From NCBI GenBank assembly GCA_041736305.1, contig JBGSTX010000310.1, positions 1-10,441 on the forward strand: DNA of 10,441 nucleotides. Direction: 5' to 3'. Both the position numbers and the translations under genes were made by a program. The stretch comes from Oligoflexus sp. Its GTDB lineage: Bacteria > Bdellovibrionota_B > Oligoflexia > Oligoflexales > Oligoflexaceae. Positions 1 through 6,465 of this stretch are shown here, one piece after another; positions within the stretch are counted from its first letter, which is position 1, and each line of letters starts with the position of its first letter. The notes beneath the pieces were generated by a model. The model was not told where the DNA came from. It saw only the letters and a program-made list of their open reading frames with translations, and did no database searches.

Positions 1-798
1 GAAGAGCATCGCTACCTGCTACGCCTCGCCGAAGAAGAGATTCCCGTCGTGGCACCGAAGGTCTTTGTCGATGGGAAGACCTTGCACACGCTCAACGATG
101 CCGCCATCCACTATGCAGTATTTCCCAAAGTCGCCGGCCGCTCACCGCAGGAGCTGACGATAGATGAAATCGAACAGATCGGTCGTCTTTTGGCCCGCAT
201 GCACAACGTCGGGTCTCAGCTGAAAGTCGAACATAGGCTGAAGCTTTCACCTGAACTTTATCTGAATCAAAATGTCCAATTTCTCCTCGAGCAGCATCTT
301 ATTCCCGAAAACTTGCGCTCGCGTTTTGCCGATCTCGTTCACCGCTATGCAGCGCTGATGAAGCCGCAGTTCCAGGCGGTGGAAAGCTTACAGATTCATG
401 GTGACTGTCACTTTGGAAACCTTCTCCAGCAGGACTCGCGCTTCTCCTGGGTGGATTTCGACGATACTATTGTCGGTCCTGCGGTACAGGATCTCTGGCT
501 TCTCCTGCCTGGTCGTGACGCCTATGCCCGACAGATGCTGACCCATCTTCTCGATGCCTACGAGCAGATGCGCCCCTTCCCGCGTGAGAGCCTACGCTTG
601 ATCGAGAGCCTGCGCACGCTGCGCATGGTCCACTTCGCTGCTTGGATCGGTCACCGCCGTGAAGATCCTGCTTTTCAGAGGGCTTTTCCCGACTTTGGTA
701 GTGAACGCTACTGGTCGCAGCTCTATCACGATCTGGTTGATCAAGAAGAATTTATAGTCGACGACAGCTTCTGGCTCTCCGGACAAAACCATTATTGA
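1..798 (+). CDS. srkA: Stress-response Ser/Thr protein kinase SrkA/YihE/RdoA (APH-like kinase), 5'-truncated
   Basis: Frame is open from base 1 (EEHRYLLRLAEEEIPVVAP), so the start lies upstream of the window. Catalytic loop HGDCHFGNLL, metal-binding VDFDD, GPAVQDLWLLL and C-terminal WIGHRREDPAFQRAFPDF all match the YihE/RdoA pattern. Stop TGA 796-798. Confidence 0.9.
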   Translation, partial: EEHRYLLRLAEEEIPVVAPKVFVDGKTLHTLNDAAIHYAVFPKVAGRSPQELTIDEIEQIGRLLARMHNVGSQLKVEHRLKLSPELYLNQNVQFLLEQHLIPENLRSRFADLVHRYAALMKPQFQAVESLQIHGDCHFGNLLQQDSRFSWVDFDDTIVGPAVQDLWLLLPGRDAYARQMLTHLLDAYEQMRPFPRESLRLIESLRTLRMVHFAAWIGHRREDPAFQRAFPDFGSERYWSQLYHDLVDQEEFIVDDSFWLSGQNHY

Positions 799-853
799 GC
801 CAAAGGCGGCCAAATATCCTTGGGTGAGCTAGGTCAGTGTTATCTGACTGATG

Positions 854-883
854 TTGACGTGTCAGCTATCTGCTGTGTACCTT
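854..883 (+). promoter_or_regulatory. Putative sigma70-type promoter for the PfpI-family gene
   Basis: TTGACG (854-859), 18 nt, TACCTT (878-883). Predicted start of transcription near 890, just before a long hairpin (888-922). Confidence 0.3.
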
Positions 884-945
884 GGGTTTCGGTCTTGAGC
901 AATTTTTGCTCGCAGACCCGAAGCAGCAAATCAGGAATAAGGGCA

Positions 946-1575
946 ATGTCGATGAAAAATTCAAAGATTAGCCAAATTCGCGTCGCTATCCTTGCCACTG
1001 ATGGTTTTGAGCAGTCCGAACTCATGGAGCCGATGCGAGCCTTAAAGGAAGCTGGTGCTCGCGTCGACGTCGTATCGATTGAAGGCGGTTCAATCCGCGG
1101 CTGGAAAGATAAGGACTGGGGTGATTCGGTTCCCGTTGACCTGACTTTAAACGAGGCTCACCCCGACGATTATCAGGCTCTCGTCCTGCCAGGCGGCCTG
1201 ATGAATCCCGATACCCTGCGCAGCAACACCGATGCCGTGCGTTTCGCTAGCGCATTTACTACCAGCGGGAAACCTATCGCTGCTATCTGCCACGGACCTC
1301 AGCTGCTTATAGAGACCGGTATACTGCGCGGTAGGACTGTGACTTCCTATCCTTCCCTCGTTACCGACCTCATGAATGCTGGCGCGCACTGGGTAGATGA
1401 ACCGGTCGTGACAGATATGGGTCTGGTCACGAGTCGAAAACCAGCTGATTTACCGGTTTTTTGTAAGAAGATGATAGAAGAGTTTGCCGAAGGTCCCCAC
1501 GACCGTTCGAAGATGAAAGGCGATGAAAGAGGTTCAAGCCGCGATCGCGACAGCAACCGTTCCATTCAACTTTAA
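946..1575 (+). CDS. pfpI: PfpI/YhbO (DJ-1 superfamily, type 1 glutamine amidotransferase-like) deglycase/protease, 209 aa
   Basis: VAILATDGFEQSE (catalytic Glu), LVLPGG, nucleophile elbow AAICHGPQ, VTSRKPADL. ATG 946 has AGGA at 933-936; ATG 952 is an alternative. The TTG 820 start in the ORF track adds a non-homologous N-terminus. Confidence 0.88.
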   Translation: MSMKNSKISQIRVAILATDGFEQSELMEPMRALKEAGARVDVVSIEGGSIRGWKDKDWGDSVPVDLTLNEAHPDDYQALVLPGGLMNPDTLRSNTDAVRFASAFTTSGKPIAAICHGPQLLIETGILRGRTVTSYPSLVTDLMNAGAHWVDEPVVTDMGLVTSRKPADLPVFCKKMIEEFAEGPHDRSKMKGDERGSSRDRDSNRSIQL

Positions 1576-1596
1576 TTCCAAAAATGGAGGAGAGGT

Positions 1597-1623
1597 GGCG
1601 GCAAACTCGTCTGCTATGCCGCC
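1597..1623. terminator. GC-rich inverted repeat between convergent genes, possible bidirectional terminator or 3' stabiliser
   Basis: GGCGGCA (1597-1603) / TGCCGCC (1617-1623), 13-nt loop, between stops at 1575 (+) and 1631 (-). No strong U-tract. Confidence 0.4.
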
Positions 1624-1630
1624 CTTACAC

Positions 1631-2839
1631 TCAGGATGTGTAGGGAAGGTGGATCATGAAGGTGGCGCCGCAACCCTCGCCCTCACTGGAAGCATAGATA
1701 CAACCGCCGTGTAGTTCGACCAGCTCACGAGCTATCGAGAGTCCTAGGCCGAGTCCTCCGTACTTCTGCGTGGCTCCACCTTGTTGCTGCCGAAAGCGAT
1801 CGAAAACATAAGGTAAAAATTGAGGACTAATACCTTTGCCGGTGTCTTTAACGGCCAGATGTACAAGCTTAGCCTCAGGATCGACTGCTAAGGTAACATC
1901 TATTCTGCCTCCTTCAGGAGTGAACTTAATCGCGTTATTGACGATGTTCATGATGACCTGCTGCAGACGTCCTGCATCCCCATCAATCTTCACTCCTCGT
2001 TCGACAGTTAGATTTGAGTGCAGCTGTATATCTTTCTTCTGGGCGCTGATCTTCACGCTCTTCAGTATCGATTCCAGGATGGGCCTGATGTCTATTGGCT
2101 GTCTCTCTATCGCGAATTTTCCAGACATGATGCGCGACATGTCGAGCAGATCGTTGACGAGCTGATTTTGCAGGTGCGCACTGCGTTCTATAGCCTCAAT
2201 CGCTTCCATTTGCGTTGACCCTGCTGACGCTAATTCGTCTTTCAAAATTTCCGTGAAGCCCATGATGATATTGAGAGGATTGCGCAGCTCGTGCGACAGC
2301 GTCGCGATAAAAACATCCTTGATATGATTGGCGTGAGCCAGATCTTCTTCGCGAATTTTAAGCGAATCCTGGGCTTTTTTCTGAACGGTAGCGTCGCGCA
2401 TGATTTTGATGAAAGAGCTTCTTAGCTCACCGTCTGGCGTCCTGATCGCGGTAAGGAGGCCATCGGCCCAAATGCGTGACCCGTCCTTGCGCAGATGCCA
2501 GCGAACGTCGCTCGCCGAGCCATTTTCCAACGCTGCTTGTCTCTCCTGCACATGCACGCCTGCCGCGCGTTCTTCTTCTATGAAGAGAAGTGAGGAATCC
2601 ATCCCGATAAACTGTTCTGCAGTGTAGCCGAAAATACTAGCTACACCGGGGTTCCAGCTGCAGATATATCCTGCCTCATCCAGCATAAATACCGCGTAGT
2701 ATTCAACACTTTCAACAAAGCTGATGACCTGACGATGCAAATCAACATGCTGACGAATAGGGTCCTGCCGGGGCTTGGCATTTTGAAAGCGAGCTCCTGC
2801 AGATGCGGGTGCTAAAGGATTTTCTGGGCGTATATCCAT
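1631..2839 (-). CDS. Cytoplasmic PAS/PAC sensor histidine kinase (PAS-HisKA-HATPase_c), about 402 aa
   Basis: PAS: MLDEAGYICSWNPGVASIFGYTAEQFIG, PAC: RWHLRKDGSRIWADG. H-box TLSHELRNPL, N-box QVIMNIVNNAIKFT, G1 DTGKGI, F FDRF, G2 GLGLGL. No transmembrane helix and no receiver domain. ATG 2839 preferred over TTG 2860 (GTGAG upstream). Confidence 0.92.
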   Translation of the reverse strand: MDIRPENPLAPASAGARFQNAKPRQDPIRQHVDLHRQVISFVESVEYYAVFMLDEAGYICSWNPGVASIFGYTAEQFIGMDSSLLFIEEERAAGVHVQERQAALENGSASDVRWHLRKDGSRIWADGLLTAIRTPDGELRSSFIKIMRDATVQKKAQDSLKIREEDLAHANHIKDVFIATLSHELRNPLNIIMGFTEILKDELASAGSTQMEAIEAIERSAHLQNQLVNDLLDMSRIMSGKFAIERQPIDIRPILESILKSVKISAQKKDIQLHSNLTVERGVKIDGDAGRLQQVIMNIVNNAIKFTPEGGRIDVTLAVDPEAKLVHLAVKDTGKGISPQFLPYVFDRFRQQQGGATQKYGGLGLGLSIARELVELHGGCIYASSEGEGCGATFMIHLPYTS

Positions 2840-2886
2840 GAATTTACTCACAAAATACAAGAAAATGTGAACGGGTATGCGCCTGC

Positions 2887-2917
2887 ATCATAGCACAATA
2901 ATGAACACGACTGACAA
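2887..2917 (-). promoter_or_regulatory. Putative extended -10 sigma70 promoter for the histidine kinase
   Basis: Minus strand TGTGcTATGAT (2897-2887), with TTGTCA (2917-2912) 19 nt upstream of the -10 hexamer. Confidence 0.4.
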
Positions 2918-2948
2918 GGCAAAGCGAAAGAGGGAGGGGGAAGGAAGT

Positions 2949-2971
2949 GTGAGAATTTCTTAGATTCTCAC
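2949..2971 (-). terminator. Hairpin just downstream of nadA, likely terminator
   Basis: Perfect 8-bp inverted repeat GTGAGAAT-N7-ATTCTCAC starting 10 nt after the nadA stop, followed on the minus strand by a pyrimidine-rich tract (ACTTCCTTCCCCCTCCCTCTTT). Confidence 0.5.
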
Positions 2972-2980
2972 TTGTTCTAT

Positions 2981-4042
2981 TTAGGAAAGGGCTAACATAC
3001 GATCGATCGAGCGTTTTGCGCGCAGGCGAAGATCTTCTTCAAGAGTCACTTCATAACGGTCAAGAAGGAGCGCATCGAGCGTGTCTTGCAGCGTAATCTG
3101 CGCCATGTGCGGACAGCGATGACTGCAGAGACGGAGCAGATCCTTCGACTTATTGGCTGCGATAATATTATCTGCCATCGAACATTCAGTTAAGAGCAGA
3201 TACCGCGGAGCTTCGACGTCGTTCACATACTTGATCATGGCCGCCGTGCTGCCAGAAAAGTCAGACGCAGCCACAACTTCAGGCGGGCATTCAGGATGCG
3301 CAAGGACGACCACGTCTGGGTACTGCCTGCGGACTGTCGCAATATCTTCGACAGTGAAGAGGTCGTGCACCTCGCACTTGCCATGCCAACCAATAAAGAC
3401 CTTCTTCAAATTCTCATCGTTGGGATTAGAGCGCAAAGCGAGGTCGAGATTAGTCTCTGGGAAAATGATTGTTTTACCGCTAGCGCGCGCCACATTACGT
3501 GCGAGATATTCATCAGGAATAAAGATCACCTGATCGCTATCGAGTTGCGAGACTATCTTCGCTGCATTGCCTGAGGTACAGCAAATATCAACCTCGGCTT
3601 TAACGGCTGCATATGTGTTGATATATGCGACTACAGGGACTCCAGGGAATTGCTCACGTAGCTTACGTACGTCTTCAGCGCTGATGCTCGAGGCTAAGGA
3701 GCAGCCAGCCTTCTTGGAAGGAATAAGAACCTTGCGGCTAGGATTGAGAATCTTGGCCGTCTCTGCCATAAATTCCACGCCGCAGAATACAATAATATCC
3801 TTGGTCGTCTCGGCGGCCTTTCGGCAGAGCTCGAGAGAGTCACCGGTGACATCGGCTACGAAGTGATAGAGCGCGGGCTCCATATAATTGTGCCCGAGGA
3901 TGATCGCATTGCGCTCGGCTTTCAGCTTATTGATGGCAACTACGAGTTCGGCTTTTTCCCGCAGCTCAAAATCCGGGATCAAATCGCCCAGCTGGCCTTG
4001 CATTTTATCGTAGGTTTTTTCGAGAATACCGGCGGTTTGCAT
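2981..4042 (-). CDS. nadA: Quinolinate synthase A ([4Fe-4S] enzyme, de novo NAD biosynthesis), 353 aa
   Basis: ILGHNYM, TGDSLEL, IVFCGVEFMAETAKILNP, YINT, CCTSGNA, HPEC, GST. Three cluster Cys in AGCSLA, GKCEVH and HRCPHM. SD-like GAGGT at 4058-4054. Confidence 0.97.
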   Translation of the reverse strand: MQTAGILEKTYDKMQGQLGDLIPDFELREKAELVVAINKLKAERNAIILGHNYMEPALYHFVADVTGDSLELCRKAAETTKDIIVFCGVEFMAETAKILNPSRKVLIPSKKAGCSLASSISAEDVRKLREQFPGVPVVAYINTYAAVKAEVDICCTSGNAAKIVSQLDSDQVIFIPDEYLARNVARASGKTIIFPETNLDLALRSNPNDENLKKVFIGWHGKCEVHDLFTVEDIATVRRQYPDVVVLAHPECPPEVVAASDFSGSTAAMIKYVNDVEAPRYLLLTECSMADNIIAANKSKDLLRLCSHRCPHMAQITLQDTLDALLLDRYEVTLEEDLRLRAKRSIDRMLALS

Positions 4043-4111
4043 GAATCTAAACTACCTCGCTCGCAGAATGGGCCGAGCCCGGTGGCAGAGTGCCGACCGG
4101 GACAAGGCCGC

Positions 4112-4140
4112 ATCATGGGACGCATGCCTGCCTAAGGCAA
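4112..4140 (-). promoter_or_regulatory. Putative sigma70 promoter of nadA
   Basis: Minus strand TTGCCT (4140-4135), 17 nt, CATGAT (4117-4112). Confidence 0.35.
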
Positions 4141-4167
4141 GAGAAAATGAAGACCTGCTTGAGCTGG

Positions 4168-4194
4168 GAGTGAGACAGCCGAAGCTGTCTCCTC
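4168..4194 (-). terminator. Stable C(UUCG)G tetraloop hairpin directly after the secreted-protein gene
   Basis: Minus strand GAG-GAGACAGC-TTCG-GCTGTCTC-A-CTC: 8 perfect bp plus 3 more beyond a bulge, starting 3 nt after the TGA at 4200-4198. No immediate U-run, so it may be a 3' stabiliser or atypical terminator. Confidence 0.55.
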
Positions 4195-4197
4195 GTC

Positions 4198-4710
4198 TCA
4201 GAATCCGCTGCGACTCAAATCAAAGCGCAAAGTAGCTGGAAGTCCAGTAGATTCGGGATTTGCTCCGACCAAATTGACTCTCTTCAGCTGACCCTTGAAA
4301 GTCGTTGCTGGCGCGCCTTTTAGCTCGCCGTCGAGCTGGACTAGCTCGGCTTCATTGGCCGCAATGATCTGCTTCTGGCCAGATCCCGCAGCTCCGTTTG
4401 AGCAGATACCTTTGATATCAAAGCTGTCGATGCCAAGTACTACTCGACCACCGGCAGGAAAGAAGTTTTCCCCCGAACGGCAGCGGACCTTGTAAGACAT
4501 CACAGATGCTGATGATCGTGCTTCGTCGACGCTGACTTCCATCAGATCGCGACGCGGCGCGTTTGGATTGCTAAAAGCTTCGCCGTTCAAAGTCAGAGGC
4601 AGCTCGGCTTTAGTGATGGGAATGGGCAGAGTTCCTTCGGCGCGGATGGAAACCGTCACCAGGAAAGTTGCGAGAAGTGCAAACTTCTCAAGGGGCATCG
4701 TGAGTTTCAT
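4198..4710 (-). CDS. Hypothetical exported protein, 170 aa, signal peptide, beta-rich, two Cys
   Basis: Strong SD GGAGG 7 nt upstream of ATG 4710. N-terminus MKLTMPLEKFALLATFLVTVSIRA|EG is signal-peptide-like. Cys77 and Cys103. Start overlaps the last 23 nt of the upstream gene and the stop is followed by a UUCG hairpin. Confidence 0.72.
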   Translation of the reverse strand: MKLTMPLEKFALLATFLVTVSIRAEGTLPIPITKAELPLTLNGEAFSNPNAPRRDLMEVSVDEARSSASVMSYKVRCRSGENFFPAGGRVVLGIDSFDIKGICSNGAAGSGQKQIIAANEAELVQLDGELKGAPATTFKGQLKRVNLVGANPESTGLPATLRFDLSRSGF

Positions 4711-5791
4711 AGACAGGCCTCCGTTCAAAATCTTGGTCAATTTTAGGCAGGGATTGGTCGCGTCCAGCCAGTTTATATCCTTGTCGTCCCGAAAGTAAAC
4801 AAACAGGTTGATTCTCATAGGGTTCAATCAAAGCTCGTATACGTCGCGCGAGGTCAAAAATCCGTGGATCGTGCGTCCGTGGTTTGTATTCTTCCTCAGG
4901 CCACAGACGCGCGGCGATTTCGGCTTTGCTGACGAAAGTTCCGCGATTATAGAGCAGCTCGAGAAAATCGTAGATCAAAGGCTTGTCGTGCAAAGCTATC
5001 CACTTGCCTTGTACACTGAAACGCCTCAGATCGGGATCGACCTGCATTGCACAGCTCAGTGAATAGTCGAGATCTTTGAATTTTTCATTCACTAAATAAG
5101 TCAGATACACACATTCTTCAGGATCTAGATAGCAGTGCAGGAGGTCGAGGCTGACTTCCAAGGCATCCAACTTCCCAGCTTCCTTGTACATACTCGCGAG
5201 ACCATAGAGGCTTTTGATACAGAAATAATTCCAACGTAGGGGTTGGGCCTGTCGTATGGCTTCGTAAAAGAATTTTTTGGCGAGCCCTTGATCCTGGTGG
5301 AAACGATCGGCAACCATCGCGCGCAAGAGATAGAGGCTGATCTTTTGATCGAGATTTATAAGATCTTCAAGCTCCTCCATCTCGAGAACGAGACGTTCGG
5401 ATTCCTGAGGCATTCTCAGCGAAAAATACACGTTGGCAAGACCGAGTACCGCCTGGAAATAGTCTTTTACCGTCTCGCTGCGATCGGCGAGTAATTTAAA
5501 GAGGCGTTCGGCCATCTCATACTCTTGATCCATATAGGCAAGCCGAGCTGTAGCATAGAGATAGGCATCAGACTGCTTCTGTTGAAACTGAGTCAACTCC
5601 CGGAGAACGCTTTTCGACTCGGCGACGCGATGCATTTCAAAAAGCGCCATCGATTTGCGTAACTGCAGGGTAAAGAAGTCGTCAGCCGAAGGATCGGCTG
5701 CACAGTAGCGATCAACTGCTGCGACCGCCGCCTTGAACTGACATTGATAAATCAGTTCTCTCACTTCATTGATAGCTTCGTTCCAATCCAT
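4688..5791 (-). CDS. TPR-like repeat protein with C-terminal OmpR/PhoB-type winged helix-turn-helix DNA-binding domain, 367 aa
   Basis: Helical repeats with TPR signatures (YLYATARLAYMDQEYEMAERLF, AVLGLANVYFSLRMPQES, SLYGLASMYKEAGKLDAL). The C-terminus has the Trans_reg_C pattern: VDPDLRRFSVQGKWIAL...DFLELL...FVSKAEIAARLW...RRIRALIE...GRQGYKL. ATG 5791 preceded by GGCGGGG. Confidence 0.82.
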   Translation of the reverse strand: MDWNEAINEVRELIYQCQFKAAVAAVDRYCAADPSADDFFTLQLRKSMALFEMHRVAESKSVLRELTQFQQKQSDAYLYATARLAYMDQEYEMAERLFKLLADRSETVKDYFQAVLGLANVYFSLRMPQESERLVLEMEELEDLINLDQKISLYLLRAMVADRFHQDQGLAKKFFYEAIRQAQPLRWNYFCIKSLYGLASMYKEAGKLDALEVSLDLLHCYLDPEECVYLTYLVNEKFKDLDYSLSCAMQVDPDLRRFSVQGKWIALHDKPLIYDFLELLYNRGTFVSKAEIAARLWPEEEYKPRTHDPRIFDLARRIRALIEPYENQPVCLLSGRQGYKLAGRDQSLPKIDQDFERRPVYETHDAP

Positions 5792-5829
5792 TATAACCCC
5801 GCCGCACAAAGAGCTTGTATCGACGGTAT

Positions 5830-5845
5830 TGCATATATTATGCCA
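5830..5845 (-). promoter_or_regulatory. Sigma54 (RpoN) -24/-12 promoter candidate for the TPR-wHTH operon
   Basis: Minus strand TGGCATAATATATGCA against consensus TGGCACnnnnnTTGCW. GG-N10-GC spacing is exact, and the motif ends 38 nt upstream of ATG 5791. Confidence 0.6.
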
Positions 5846-5959
5846 GGGTTTTGCTTTCTGGCTTCGACGTGAAATGGCCGCAAAATCAGTCGATGTCGAA
5901 CTGACAGGTAAAGTTTTGATACCAGTTCAGCCCTATATACGTCAAATAGGACGAGCCAA

Positions 5960-6442
5960 ATGTTAAATTATGTTTTGGATTTCTTTGGATGGACATCACG
6001 CGCACCGGCAGGAATTAACGGCCTAGCCAGCTTCGCATTTTTGGTCGTGCCCTTGCTCATGCTCAGTATAGGCGCGGTACGTTGGGGTAGGGCTTATCGT
6101 CTGCATCAATATTTCCAGACTTTGCTTGGTCTGGTTCTAGCTGTGGCTCTAATCGGATTTGAGTGGCAGGTTCGAGGGGAAGGTTGGCGGATCTACGCTC
6201 AAGATTCTAAGTACGCCGATACTTGGGTCATGCCAGCTCTCATCTTCCACCTTTGTTTCGCCCTGCCCACTTTCGTGATTTGGGTGCTAGTCCTCTATCA
6301 TTCTTGGAAAAATTTTACCCTACGGGCTCGTCCCGGGAAGTATAGTATGATACATAAGAGGTTAGGCCGCATCGCCGCGATCATGATGGGAGGCACCGCC
6401 GCAAGCGGATGGCTCTTCTACTGGTTGGCATTTGTTAACTGA
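5960..6442 (+). CDS. DUF420-family four-helix membrane protein, 160 aa
   Basis: Four hydrophobic segments with DUF420-style motifs YRLHQ, LIFHLCFA, HKRLGR, and end SGWLFYWLAF. AGGA SD at 5948-5951. Confidence 0.75.
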   Translation: MLNYVLDFFGWTSRAPAGINGLASFAFLVVPLLMLSIGAVRWGRAYRLHQYFQTLLGLVLAVALIGFEWQVRGEGWRIYAQDSKYADTWVMPALIFHLCFALPTFVIWVLVLYHSWKNFTLRARPGKYSMIHKRLGRIAAIMMGGTAASGWLFYWLAFVN

Positions 6443-6465
6443 ATCTCGGGGGGCTGACAGGGGGC

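Noticed and set aside
820..945. N-terminal extension of the PfpI ORF from TTG 820
   Set aside because: Not PfpI-like, no clear SD, and it overlaps a promoter candidate and hairpins. ATG 946 has an SD.
2949..2971. Fur-box-like reading of TGAGAAT...ATTCTCA
   Set aside because: Half-sites are separated by 7 nt rather than the 7-1-7 arrangement, and the position right after the nadA stop fits a terminator better.
4043..4197. Known NAD+-I or NAD+-II riboswitch upstream of nadA
   Set aside because: The conserved sequence elements of these classes are not recognisable. Kept only as an unassigned structured leader.
4711..4827. Longer 209-aa version of the exported protein
   Set aside because: It would overlap the wHTH-coding region by 140 nt. 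GGAGG and the signal peptide support ATG 4710.
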